The notes beneath the pieces were generated by a model. It saw nothing but the letters and a program-made list of their open reading frames with translations, was not told the DNA's origin and ran no database searches. Shown here piece by piece: positions 26,985 through 38,802 of a DNA stretch of 64,000 nucleotides. The stretch comes from Obrimoposthia wandeli. Its lineage: Eukaryota. The stretch is taken from positions 868,001-932,000 of the forward strand of contig CDROCS010001147.1 of NCBI GenBank assembly GCA_977020255.1, in the 5' to 3' direction. The position numbers were made by a program, and so were the translations under genes. The number at the start of each line of letters is the position of its first letter. Within the stretch, counting starts at the first letter, position 1.

Positions 26985-27550
26985 GTGGAAGGATGGAGTC
27001 TAGATCACTTGACAGCCCTGTGTGCTCACAAAATGTTTAAGGGTGACTTGCCACACCATAAGGGTGGCTTGTCACACCATAAGGGTCTGACTGAGAAAGG
27101 TTATAAAGGTTTGAAGGTATGGTTGTGATCATCTATAGTTGACCAACACACCTAAAGAGTGTGGTCATCCATAGATAAAAGGGTTAGTCTTAGTTTTGAC
27201 TTGAAGGTTTGAAGGTATAATTAAGGTCATCTATGGATGATCAACACATCTAAAGGGCTATGGTCGTAAATTAAAGGGTTGGGCTCAGTTATGACTTGAC
27301 GTTTTGAAGATATGGTTATGACCATCTATAGTTGACCAACACATCTATAGTATTCAATCAATTACGGTATGTGAAAATTTAGGTCAAAGTTCAATATTAT
27401 CAGTTTGAATTTTATTTAAAGAAACCGTATTCTGAATAGATTGATACTTTGACCTAAATTTTCACATACCGTAATTGATTGAATACTATGGATTTGTTGG
27501 TGGGGCACACACATGGGGGGTCAAGTGATCTAGACTCCATTCTTCATCCT
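26985..27550. mobile_element. Non-coding foldback/MITE-like element with outer TIRs and an inner long inverted repeat
   Basis: Perfect 21-bp IR atggagtctagatcacttgac (26993-27013 / 27520-27540); perfect 44-bp IR 27347-27390 / 27446-27489; ~95-bp internal direct repeats 27107-27350. Confidence 0.75.
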
Positions 27551-29471
27551 ACTTGAGTTCTAAAGGTATTTCTTTGCGTCAAACTAATATTAGGCAGTCC
27601 TACTATTTAAATTGCTTTGAAATGGGGGAACGTATTTTAAGTCGTAACCAAAAACTATATAATATTATAAGTAATAAAGTTGAACCTTAACTCTATGACA
27701 AGAAATAAGGTTTGGTGCCAAGAAATAAATGTGGCTTTTGGGCATTGTAAACTAAACATTTAATTGTTACCGCAAAGTTGTATACTTTAAATGTGTATTC
27801 AATTTTTTACTGGAAATAAAATTTTCGATGTGTTTGCACTTTGTATTGCGCAGTTTTTTATTATGTGGCCATTTTACAAATGCTAAACCTTTGTTTGCGT
27901 GTTTACACGTGTGTACATTTGTGCATGCTCCTTTGTATATTTTCTCTAAATATTTGGCCTGAAAATATCTTCAAGTTAACCTCTTTAACCAATTCAAAGT
28001 GATATTTTATATCCATTAATCATAATGTAATATTGCCAGAAACGTTTTAAAAATATATGCGTCATGACAACATCAAATTAAATATATAAAAGTAGTTAAA
28101 ATATTTGTTAAACAAAAACATTCTACTGAGAAATAAAAGTATTACAAAACCATTATCAATAAAAGTGCAGTAGTAAATATTTGTAAATATTTAAAAAGTA
28201 CAGAAACATTTGTTTACAAAAAAAGTAATTAAAATGTGGACATTTTTAAAAATGTAACGTCTTTATGTGTGTATGTGTGTTTGTTTAAAATGTTTTCAAT
28301 CTGGGTTTGATGAACCAATAGAAGGGATTGACACGTACACCCAATAAAGAGGATAGCAATCGTTGATTAAGTTTGCACTTTTATGTGTTTTTTAATCGAT
28401 GTTGTTGTCGCATATATTTGTCAAACATATTGCTCATAGAAATTAGGTCACATTTTGATCCCGCCTCTCCATAACAAATTAAATTATATAGCCCCTGCTG
28501 AAGATTGCATAAACAATTCCCCTAAATATTTCTCAAATCATGATTATTCTTAATTATGTTTTCCTATGATATAAATCGGAGTTACGGTTTATAAAGTTCA
28601 GTTCTTAAAACCAATATATTTATATGACTAATGAGTATTCAATTTGTTATAAAATGACTTACTGCATGCATTCTATAGAACTGAATAAAAGAAATAATAA
28701 TAATAAATTTCAACAACAAAAAATTAAATTTACTTGTAAAATATAATAAAAGAAAAAGTAAATTGAAAAAGTAAAATTGACACTCCTGAGTTGAGAAATT
28801 ATATGTATATTAGGGTTAAGTGTCCGTTCTCAGATATCAGCTAATCAGTGTAGATCCCTGGGCCCGAACAAATTGCTGGTGTGCTGTACACTTATATTGA
28901 TCTTTGACACAACCCTTTAACCCAGTATCTTGAAGTGAATTAAAAATATGTAAAATAAATATACTTGCCGGTATTTACTTCACTTCTCGCCTAGAGGGAA
29001 GGTCTAAGATGAAAAACTGATGTTTGAGAATGGCCACTTTACACTACAATCTTAATTTCTTCACAGCATTCTTAACAGTATAAATTGTGTAAATAAAGTT
29101 AATGAAACTACTTGTGGTGTGATTTGACGTAATGACTTTTTGACTTTTCTAGCAAGTCCCAATCCACCTCATGTTAAAAAATCTCTAAAACTTTATCCTA
29201 AAATCCAGATATTGTTATTATAAATTATTCTTTTAATCAACATCAACTTATTAATTCAAAACAGTAGCTGTTGTACAACTCCTTATTGCAATAGTTTATT
29301 TCTGGCTATTATAAAGCCCAGACAATAATACAGACATACTAAACAACAAAGCACTTAACAGTACATAACATATTCTCGACTTCTAATTGGCCCATTTGAA
29401 TTATTAGGTGATTAATCAAATTTGCTTATTCAGAAATTAATTTCCAACATTTATATTAAAGAAATGCTTAC

Positions 29472-29732
29472 AAGTGATGTTGATACAATGTCTGGTGCTG
29501 GTCTCAGCTGTTGAACAGATCAAGCATAGGCATCGCTTATTCAACAAATAAGAATTCGGCAGTCGTAGAATGTTGTTATCCACGGAATATATAAAGGTTT
29601 TTGTCGTAGTTAAATTTCGCTTTAGGAAGCGTAAGCTTCTGGGGTTAATGTTGCATTTAAAATATTCCTTATAATAGCCCGATCTATATGGGTCACTTTT
29701 GATAGTTTCCCAACTCAAATCATATTTAACAT
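29472..29732 (-). CDS. Host multi-Ig-like-domain gene, exon c (261 bp, phase 1-1)
   Basis: cctattttcAG|at gtt aaa...atc act t|GTaagc; FKCNINP...RCLCLICS...RHCI. Confidence 0.85.
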
Positions 29733-30379
29733 CTGAAAATAGGAAATATACAATAAAACAAAGCTTAACGATTTCATTATCATTTTGATTGTGATTATTA
29801 GGTCCCACAGTCAATCGTTCAAAACTCATATATTATATTTTGGTTCTTTAAGATTATGGTAAATAAAAATAAGTAATATAATTTGAAAATTGTAAATCCT
29901 ATTTGAATATTAATTAGCCACAATAGTAACCGAAGATAGTTTGAAATATAAGAAATAAATAATATGAACAATACTTTGGCCCGTGAAACGTGTAAAGAAA
30001 TTACGGGTAGTTCTTTTAATTCCATCAAATTTAATTTGCATATGCTTTAAATGAAGATTTTCAAATATTAAATCATAAATATTAGCTTAATACATCAACT
30101 TAAAAGTATTTTCCTCATTTATATGCACTAACCTTATTTTGACTGAAGAGAGTATGGAATTTTAAAATAATGTTACAGATATTTTATTTGAACCTCGAAC
30201 GAAAATTGCTTAAAAAACCCTCCATATATTCGCGATTTGCTACAAAATGAATAGGAAGATGAAGCAGCATCCCTACAAGTTTCATATATGCAGAAGGGGC
30301 AGTTTGTGCGAAAAAAACGTATCAATTAATCAAAATTCTATAACTGAAAACCTCGAATAAAATTTAATGCTTTTATGGA

Positions 30380-30560
30380 AAAACACAAATCTTAGTTATA
30401 ACACTTTATATGATATTTTATATCACTTTGAAAAAACCTAACTCATGACACACTTGTAGTGCATGATTCCAAAGAAACTGACAGAATCCCAAATATAAGC
30501 TCGTTGTGAAGTCGGTTAACGTTTGTCCTGAAGATCTGGAAGGAATGAACACATAAATTA
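30380..30560 (+). mobile_element. Possible mariner transposase N-terminal relic
   Basis: LSYNTLYDIL then CMIPKKLTESQI*ARCEV, resembling the WVP-x-x-LT linker of mariner transposases; heavily degraded. Confidence 0.35.
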
Positions 30561-32845
30561 TTTTTCTATTTAAGAGACGTTAGTAGCCGAAAAAACAAAA
30601 ACGCACATCAAAAGGGGTGAAAGTGGAAATACAATAAAAAAGATAAATCCAATACATTGTAAAACAGTAATGGCTATACATAATAATGTTCTTTTGAAAT
30701 ATTACAAATGGATAAACAATCAAAAGTAGTCAGTATATTTTTTATCGTTATCATAAGATAAGATAAGATAAGAGTTCATCGAAGAGTCTCAATCAATTGC
30801 AAAACAATGATACGGATGCATAATAATGATAATTATGACCTACATAAAGGAATCTGATAAGTATTGCTGGACCTTTGATAATGTTCAATTAAACAATTCA
30901 CCAAAACGTTTAACTGACCAAGTATAGTTTGTTTACACACAGAAAATATAGGTACATCTGCCAGTGCATTTCATTTCAGTTTTTTGTATTCTACAAATAT
31001 TTGCTTTTGCTTCTTGTTTCACAAATCCGTTTTCTGTATCCCGGATTAGAACCTGTGGAATGGGGTTTCACATCTTTGCAGTTGGGTTTATTTTCAACAT
31101 GTGGTACAAAGTGATAGATAGAAACTTTCTCATAAGGAACGAATGGAGTGTGAGTATGAAGCTGCTTTAAAATGCTGTTTGAAATTCTGAATTTTTTGAT
31201 ACATCCCTCTTCGTCTTTCAATAAACTTCCAGGTTTAGTGTTGAAGAATTCGACCAATTTCTAATTAACCGATTAAAAATATATCGATGTCATTGCGGTA
31301 CTTCTGCTTGTTTAGGTGATTTATTGATTAAAACTCCTCCTATCAGCTTTACTCCATTGTGCTTTTGTGAGTGCTTCTCACTGTGTCTTTCTAATCTGAA
31401 ATAACATTTTTCATCATTGTTACATCTCATATATGAGACGCATTCATTTGGTCGCAAAATAATCATTTCTTAGTATTTGTATGGCCCCAGGGGTTTCAAG
31501 GAAATCCTTGGTTCATAATTCAACCTTATTTAGAAAGATTTATCTTTACATCGAGAAAGCCAACTTTATTGAACATGAAATAATACGGAAGAAAACTTTT
31601 GTTTAATACAAAATTCAAACATTAAAATGTCGACTATCGAATTTAGTATTTATTTTAAATTACTTTCATGCTCCGGGTAAAATGTTATAATGTTATTATA
31701 GAGAAACAAACTGTAGTCGTTCTCGTTGGATTTAAAATCAAAAAATGTCGGAATTTGATGTCAAAAATCATATAGCGATTGTTAATCTTAATTCATATGC
31801 AGCGGTCTTCATTTTTCAATAAAATACACATTTTGACAATGTGATGTCCAAGGCAACATCCGTATATTCAGGTAATTTGTCAGATGGGTGAAGGGATTTG
31901 CGGTAAAGGTAGTTTATTCATTATTCATTTGACGGCAATATTTTATTTTACAGACCTACCACCCCCATAATGATGTCGATGGCAAGATTTACTTAATAAC
32001 TGCTGAACTACTGGAATTTGACAAATGTAAGTTTTCAATAAATATGAAACAAATACAAATCCACACAACATAAACTTTAAATATAAAGTTGACCATGTGT
32101 TCACAGTTCTGATTGAATACCGTCTTCTCTAGTTATCCAAATATTTTCCAAAGTTATCTTATGTAGTTCGAACAACTTTTTGAATTCCCTCCGCATATGT
32201 TAGCTTATCAAGACATTTAAAATCACCAAAAAATCATTCTTGAGTTCACTATGTCGACACCTTTCAAACCCCACTGGCATCTTTTCATAAATCTCGACTT
32301 CTCATCAGCCACATTTACGTTGGGTCCACTGATCAGATAGGAACTGATATTGAGCTCATCTTGCGTGTTTCTCCTTCGTGGTGCATTTCATCATGTGGAT
32401 TCGAATAAGGAAAGAAAGAAGTCCTTCGTATTGAATGCAATTACCCTCCATACAAAGGACATTTCCAGAACATTCCCTCGAAGAATCCCTGAAATGTCTG
32501 CAACCTCCAAGTTACTCAGAAATCACAAGAAAAACTCTTGATAGCAAACCAAAGCTTCTTATAAGTCTCACATGATTTACTACACTTTTATTAAATGCTC
32601 TTCAATCTATTTTTGTATGTTGAAAAAAGAGAACCGTATTAAGTGTACAAGCGTTAATAATAAGCAGAAAAATCAAACGTACTTTTATTAACTATACTTA
32701 ATTAATTGAAAATTTTCTTAAGTTAGTAATAAATGGAAATCAGGCATTTTAAGAGGTAACATTCCTCACTTAAACCATTTTACAAAAGCAAATATCAGGA
32801 AAGATTCTAGAAATTATAGGGAAACACGATGAATCGAGAACTTAC

Positions 32846-33100
32846 TGACAACGTTGATAATCGATTTGATAGAGAATGTCGTATTTTCTAACCCACATTG
32901 TATAAAATAATTTCCCGTTTTCATATTTTCATCCAACTTAAATTTATTGTAGGGCTGGCTCACAACACCCACTGTATTGCACATTGCTCTGTACTCCTGT
33001 CCAATGTCCTCGCAAAAATAGTTGATAGAAATTTCTCTCAGTGGATAATATTTCAAAAAATAAAATTCCCTGTAAGGCTTGAATTGTAGCTTAATCTTAG
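32846..33100 (-). CDS. Host multi-Ig-like-domain gene, exon b (255 bp, phase 1-1)
   Basis: ttcaactttAG|ct aag att...gtt gtc a|GTaagt; RAMCN...MKTGNYFIQCG. Confidence 0.85.
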
Positions 33101-33339
33101 CTAAAGTTGAAATGAAACGGTAAATCAACTTTATACAAATATACATTTTGTGAAAAAATAAAATCTGCATTTTAAGCGTAACGCCATCTCTTTGAAACGC
33201 ATCAAATTGGATGTAAGCTTATTTGCGCATAGACTCAATACATACAAATATATATTTGGTGTTTTAAAATAAATTAGAGCTAAAAATATTCTTACCATGT
33301 AAATATTCAAAAATAACTGAAAAATCAAAAATGTAATCC

Positions 33340-33940
33340 CCACGAGAGCCAATGCCTCTCTCATCTTTAGAAATTGACTTCAAGACATCATCAAGACTGT
33401 CAAATTCCTCTTCACCGAACTCCATCTTGAAGTTGTCGAAGATCCATTATTCACAGATGTTTAGATCCGGAGAATAATTTGTTTGTCACACTGTTTGGAG
33501 TGAGTCTTTCTATGAATTCCTTCACTTCAAGATATTATTTAATTAAATGGGATCCTCCAATTGACAAATGTTGACTGGAGGGTATTTTAGACTATCCACA
33601 GTCAGCTGTCTTTGTACTTATCTTTCTATTTGTTGTAACCTTTACCATTAACAAGACTATTGTATTGGTGAGACCTCAATGAATGACAATTGACATCTTT
33701 AGACTTAGAGCTACCCTTGTCTTGATTTTAGACTTTATCCTGAGAGGAGAGTAATGAACCCATGTCTCGAATACGATGGCATATACTTGGGATTTGTCTT
33801 GCCATGTTGAGAGTATTGACTGAGGACTGTTTAATCTCTTTCTGCTAGTAAATGAGGTATTCATGTCACAAAATGGCAGTGGTATAACTCATCAGGCATG
33901 ACGATTCTAATATTATCATGAGATATTCCAACCAAATCAT
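33340..33940 (-). mobile_element. Mariner-like transposase relic abutting the element A terminus
   Basis: Minus strand YSPDLNICE*WIFDNFKMEFGEEEFDSLDDV (YSPDL motif) near 33390-33480. Confidence 0.55.
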
Positions 33941-33945
33941 ATGTG

Positions 33946-34335
33946 AGTAGGTGGATGTGTCCGGTCTAATCCACACCCCCTCCCCCCTACTGTCCTTTAA
34001 AACCGTGCATGTGTGTGGAGTGAAATTTCGTGTATGTGTCTCCATTCCACCGAAAGTCGACGGATGATGGGTGAAAGTCGACGGATGATGGGTGAAAGTC
34101 GATGGGTGTTGGGTGAAAGTCGATGGGTGTTGGGTGGAAGTCGACGGGTGTTGAATGGAAACACCCAACAACCACCACCCGCCCTTTAGGGGCGGGCTCT
34201 ATTCTCACGAAAATAACTACAAATACACGCGTTACAGTATCACTTTACCTCTCACAACTACAAATGTAAACGACCCGTGTCATACCCAAGACCCTAACAT
34301 ACACCACCCGCCCCTTCGGGGCGGGCTTCATTCTT
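33946..34335. repeat. Left terminal/subterminal region of element A
   Basis: AGTAGG start; five ~21-bp units gaaagtcgacggatgatgggt (34052-34158); two GC hairpins cccgccc-ttta-ggggcggg (34178-34196) and cccgcccc-ttc-ggggcggg (34307-34325). Confidence 0.8.
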
Positions 34336-34426
34336 GATCTACAGGCACGCAAAACATCGGTCAGATCTATATAATTTAGGGGAGCAAAAACAAAATATGA
34401 GACAAAATTATTTTTCAAAATATTTA

Positions 34427-34831
34427 TTAAACATAAAACAACATATTGGCTTCACTCAAAGTCCAGAGAGGCTGCATTTTCCCGTCATCAGCAAAATATC
34501 CATTGAGACGTATTGAGATATTCCACAGTTCTTCATCTAGAATTGGAGCAATCAAATATCCTAGATCATCTTTAAAATCCAGACCGGGATCAGTTTCAAG
34601 CTGGAAACAATTTCCTTCATATACATAATCAGGAATGTAAAATCCCAAAATATTTTTCAATTGATCAATATCAGTTTTTGTTAAAATTTCGATGAGATAT
34701 TTATTCTCCACTTTTGATATTTTCACAGGATTCATAACTCGTATAATTTGATGCCTCTTTAATATATTACATAGTTTTCCTCTTGAAATTCTTTCTGGAT
34801 AATAAAAATTTTCTACACATCTCTTATCCAT
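34427..34831 (-). CDS. Element A hypothetical protein (134 aa), candidate OB-fold ssDNA-binding protein, paralog 1
   Basis: Intact ORF from MDKRC; 126/134 identical to 63236-63640; C-terminal WNISIRLNGY...GKMQPLWTLSEA similar to the neighbouring ORF. Function inferred. Confidence 0.7.
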   Translation of the reverse strand: MDKRCVENFYYPERISRGKLCNILKRHQIIRVMNPVKISKVENKYLIEILTKTDIDQLKNILGFYIPDYVYEGNCFQLETDPGLDFKDDLGYLIAPILDEELWNISIRLNGYFADDGKMQPLWTLSEANMLFYV

Positions 34832-34974
34832 TCTAAAATAAGGAAACTGATTAAAAACAATGTTTATAAAAAAAATACATATAAGATACAAATAAGATAC
34901 AAATAAAACTGATTATTAATTGCCAAATGAAAGAAACACAGTAAAACCGATTACAATTTATTACACGCAAAAAG

Positions 34975-35457
34975 TTAAAACATAGAAATATGAGCACGTT
35001 CAATTTTCCACATAGGCAACTTTGTTCCCATTTCATCTTTCTTGTAACCATAAAGTCGAATTGTTAGAGTCCATTGCTTCTTTTTCGGAAACGCATGAAT
35101 ATCAACATATCTTCCATAGTCATCTAGAAATGCTTCATCGGGTCCTCGGATATAAAATTCGTTCTTATTGAAAGTAAAATTTGGAACTGCCTTTTCAACT
35201 TTCTGTTTAAGATTTTGAAAATCTGGTTTTTGAATATTTGATAGATAGTAGCTGAACTTTCTTCTTTCAATTGTCACAGAATTTACTAAAGCAATCAGTT
35301 GAGCCTTCTTCAAGAATCTGACTTTGTATTTGAAATATTGTTTCACTTCTTCATACATATCCTTATCCGATTCTTCAAATATTTCTATATCTTCGTCATC
35401 GCTTAATACCCGTTGGCTATCGTCCATCGTTGATAATTGTCTTTGATATGAATGCAT
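34975..35457 (-). CDS. Element A hypothetical protein (160 aa), candidate OB-fold ssDNA-binding protein, paralog 2
   Basis: Intact ORF with acidic N-terminus; WTLTIRLYGY...GTKLPMWKIERA aligns with paralog 1; conserved in the second copy at the window end. Confidence 0.7.
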   Translation of the reverse strand: MHSYQRQLSTMDDSQRVLSDDEDIEIFEESDKDMYEEVKQYFKYKVRFLKKAQLIALVNSVTIERRKFSYYLSNIQKPDFQNLKQKVEKAVPNFTFNKNEFYIRGPDEAFLDDYGRYVDIHAFPKKKQWTLTIRLYGYKKDEMGTKLPMWKIERAHISMF

Positions 35458-35587
35458 TTACTGTGATTTGTCCTCCAATGGCGCATTCTTGTATACTAAT
35501 TTCTAACAAAGACATGAATCTCATTGGTTAATATAACTAAAGCATTGAATTTGATTGGACTAAATCTATATTAAAAATCAAAATTGA

Positions 35588-36195
35588 TTGGAAGAAATAT
35601 ATCATCCAATTATAATAGGTTTGCAAGAAACGTGCAATAAAAAAGCAGGTTCAGACATATATAAAGAAGATTTTACAGAATACAATTTCAGTCTAATGAA
35701 ACTCGTAAATATAAATTATAAAGGTAGAACAGAAGATGATGTTTCGTACTTACCATTCAATGAATGGAAGCCGAGACAATATGTAGAAATGTTTGACAAT
35801 TTCACAGTTGTTATTTTTCCTACAGGTTAGTTTTTTAGTTTATTTTCATATTGAATTCTTTAGGAAATTGTCGTGTTATGGGATGCAAAATACCAATGCT
35901 TGGGTTCAATTTACCATTTGGAATTCAAATCACTGCAATACAATCAATCACGATTTCGGCTAATCTCGGGAAACAGATAAATCTTTTTAAAACTGCAGAG
36001 AAAATGAAAGAAGAATGCATGTTTGAACTAGAAATTTTTCCTGCTCTCAGTTATTTGAAGTTTAAACCGCTATGTGTAAATATATTTTCCAGTGGTAAAG
36101 TTATGATATTGGGATTGAAAAACTTTGATTATCCAGACATAGTTGATTTGATTTTAGAAAATATTTCTTATTACATCTTGTTATCTTTTCTATAA
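35588..36195 (+). CDS. Element A TBP-like (TATA-binding protein fold) gene, spliced: join(35588-35825, 35864-36195)
   Basis: Removing the 38-nt GT-AG intron 35826-35863 joins VIFPTG-NCRVMGCK (TBP repeat 1 IFSSGKMVCTGAK-like); repeat 2 FELEIFPALSY...VNIFSSGKVMILGLK matches YEPELFPGLIY...LIFVSGKVVLTGAK. Start codon uncertain. Confidence 0.85.
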
Positions 36196-36223
36196 ACAAA
36201 CCTGTTTAAACTTATTTTTTTGA

Positions 36224-36496
36224 ATGAATAATACTATAAATAGAGACAATGAAGTGGATCGGCTTGCCGACGAAATATTTTCTGGAAAAATTAGGGGTAA
36301 AGAAATGTTATCAGAATTAAAAAATAATGATATAACAAGAGATAACATTGAAATATTGGTTAGATCACACGTTATTCGAGAATTTAGAAATCGTACACAA
36401 ATAAATAAAATTATAGCCAAATATTCATTAATTAATTTTTGTATTTCATCTACAATAGCTCTAACATTGTACATTTCAATAAGGAAACTTCTATGA
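36224..36496 (+). CDS. Element A small hypothetical protein with hydrophobic C-terminus
   Basis: 90-aa ATG ORF between TBP-like and ATPase genes; C-terminal YSLINFCISSTIALTLYISI. Confidence 0.55.
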   Translation: MNNTINRDNEVDRLADEIFSGKIRGKEMLSELKNNDITRDNIEILVRSHVIREFRNRTQINKIIAKYSLINFCISSTIALTLYISIRKLL

Positions 36497-36533
36497 TAAT
36501 ATAAACAATATTAAAAATGAAAGAGTATATGCA

Positions 36534-37181
36534 ATGGAGCTAAATAATAATGCTGTATTTCAAATAGTTGGCCCAAGTGGAAGTGGAAAGACACATTTCG
36601 TCTGTAAATTGTTGCAAAATGAATCTATTTTCAAATCTAGTTTCAAAAATATTTATTTGCATCATGGTGGAGGAGGGGAAAGCGGGTTAACCAAAACAGA
36701 AGTTTGCAAGTTGAAGGGTATAAAATTTATTGAAGGATTTGATGCAAATTGGTGTGAAAGATTGAAAAAAGAAGATGTAATAATAATTGATGATTTGTAT
36801 GAGGAGGCTAACAAGGAATCGGTCTTTAATAATTTATTTACAAAGATTGCAAGACATCGTGAAGTAACAGTTATATTTATCACTCAAAATCTTTTTCACC
36901 AAGGAGGTCACCATAGAACAAGAAATCTTAATGTACATTACTTAGTTTTATTTAAAAATCCTAGAGATCAAACAGTTGTTGATTTTGTGACCAGACAGGC
37001 ATTTCCTCAAAATAAGAACTTTCTAGTTGATTCATTCCACGATGCTGCTAAACAAGCACATGGGTATATATTTATTGACTTTACACAAGCTTGCCCAGAT
37101 GATTTACGTGTTTTAACAGACATATTTAATTCTAAGGGAATAACTGTTTATAAACAAATAGAGAACAATTATAAAAAATAA
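36534..37181 (+). CDS. A32/FtsK-like genome-packaging ATPase
   Basis: Walker A GPSGSGKT, Walker B VIIIDDL, KIARH, IFITQNLF, NVHYLVLFKNPRD; intact 215 aa. Confidence 0.92.
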   Translation: MELNNNAVFQIVGPSGSGKTHFVCKLLQNESIFKSSFKNIYLHHGGGGESGLTKTEVCKLKGIKFIEGFDANWCERLKKEDVIIIDDLYEEANKESVFNNLFTKIARHREVTVIFITQNLFHQGGHHRTRNLNVHYLVLFKNPRDQTVVDFVTRQAFPQNKNFLVDSFHDAAKQAHGYIFIDFTQACPDDLRVLTDIFNSKGITVYKQIENNYKK

Positions 37182-37358
37182 ATTCGCAATGCCTTTTACA
37201 AAGTTGATAGTAAAACGTAAAGTGAAATCTAAGAAATCAAAAAAAGAATCATTAAGAAAAAAGAAGTGAAAAAATTAATCAAATCTGTAGTTAAAAATAA
37301 AAAAAACTTAAATGGCTTCGAATATAAACAATATTTAAATTAAACCTTTTTTATTAAA

Positions 37359-37687
37359 ATGAAGAAAATACAAAGAAGCATACCCTATTTTAAAGCTTTA
37401 GTCAAAGCCTCTTCTAATAAGAGAATGATTATTCTTAAAGCATTTCCATCCTTTGTTGTAGATGATTTATTGGAAGTTTTGTATAATATAGTTTTGGTCG
37501 AGTAAAAGTTGGAAATCGGAAAAATATATTAAAGAAATATAAAAAAACTCTTCTAGATATTGCTAATGTAAAAAGTAAAAAAAGGAAACGAAATATTATT
37601 CTTAAACAGAATGGTGGTTTCATAGGGGCTGTTATTCTAGTTGTTGCTTCAATTATCAGTAGTATTATAGATGCGACACGTTCATAA
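37359..37687 (+). pseudogene. Maverick small basic core-like protein (QxGGF type), one frameshift
   Basis: MKKIQRSIPYFKAL...LEVLYNIV(fs)GRVKV...KKRKRNIILKQNGGFIGAVILVVASII. Confidence 0.7.
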
Positions 37688-37773
37688 ACAATTATTTCTA
37701 AAATCAGCTAAAGATATGGGTGCTAACTCTTCTTTACCTAAACTTAAATTTTCTTTCTATTCAAATTGTTGTA

Positions 37774-38802
37774 ATGGAGAAGATATGGTTCAATCCAAAA
37801 GATCCAATTGGCTACACAGGAGTTTCAAAATTAGCAAAAAGAACAAAACAAAATTACAAGAAAACGCAGAAATGGCTGAGCAACCAGTTAACCTACAGTC
37901 TGAACAAGCCGATGAGAAGAAGGTTTCCAACTAGAGTTTACAAAACCAGCGGTCCTAATAATTTATGGCAAATGGATTTGTTGGAGATGATCCCATATTC
38001 TTCCATTAATAAGGGATATCGATATATTTTAACATGTATTGATGTATTTAGCAGGTTTGCTCGTGCAATTCCAGTTAAAGCAAAGTCTTCAATAGCTATG
38101 CTTGAAGCCATTAAAGAAATATTAAAAGAGGACATTCCACAAAATGTGCAAACTGATTTAGGAAAAGAATTTTATAATAAGCAAGTTCAATCATTATTTA
38201 AACAAAATAATATAAATCATTACTCTGTGTTTTCACAATACAAAGCAGCAGTAGTAGAAAGATTTAATCGTACTCTAAGAGATCGAATAAAAAAGTATTT
38301 CACAAAAGAAGGAAATAAAAAATGGATCCAAGTTTTACCTAAAATAATACATGCATATAATCACTATGAACATAGAGGTCTCAAGGGAATGAGACCTGTT
38401 GATGTTACTAATAAAAACTCTATGGACATTTGGATGAACAGGAATAAAAAAGAAAAAATTAAAAAAGCTAAATATAAGAAAAACGAATATGTTCGAATTT
38501 CGAAAATTAGCTCTACTCCATTTATTAAATACTTTGATCAGAATTGGAGCGATGAAATATTTTGTATAAGTAAAATTGATCAAAAGAGTAATCCAATAAT
38601 GTATACTATTAAAGATGCTGACAATAATATCGTTCACGGTAAATTTTACGAGCAAGAACTACAAGTAATATCAAATAAACCTAGCGTTTTCCGTATTCAA
38701 AAAATATTAAAATCTAAGGGTACAGGTAAACATAAACAATACTTTGTTAAATGGCATGGTTATTCAGACCCAACTTGGATATCAGCATCTAATATAATAT
38801 GA
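37774..38802 (+). CDS. Retroviral-like (rve) integrase with C-terminal chromodomain
   Basis: WQMDL, YILTCIDVFSR, QTDLGKEF, VERFNRTL (D-D-E intact); QYFVKWHGY chromodomain; ORF open; likely start MEKIWFNP. Confidence 0.95.
   Translation: MEKIWFNPKDPIGYTGVSKLAKRTKQNYKKTQKWLSNQLTYSLNKPMRRRFPTRVYKTSGPNNLWQMDLLEMIPYSSINKGYRYILTCIDVFSRFARAIPVKAKSSIAMLEAIKEILKEDIPQNVQTDLGKEFYNKQVQSLFKQNNINHYSVFSQYKAAVVERFNRTLRDRIKKYFTKEGNKKWIQVLPKIIHAYNHYEHRGLKGMRPVDVTNKNSMDIWMNRNKKEKIKKAKYKKNEYVRISKISSTPFIKYFDQNWSDEIFCISKIDQKSNPIMYTIKDADNNIVHGKFYEQELQVISNKPSVFRIQKILKSKGTGKHKQYFVKWHGYSDPTWISASNII

Noticed and set aside
29000-29210. L1-like reverse transcriptase relic (HEVDWDLLEK)
   Set aside because: A single short motif amid many stops; insufficient.
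30991-31257. Terminal exon of the host gene
   Set aside because: It is phase 0, ends in a stop and lies between two Ig-type exons; no homology recognised. An alternative terminal exon is not excluded without RNA data.
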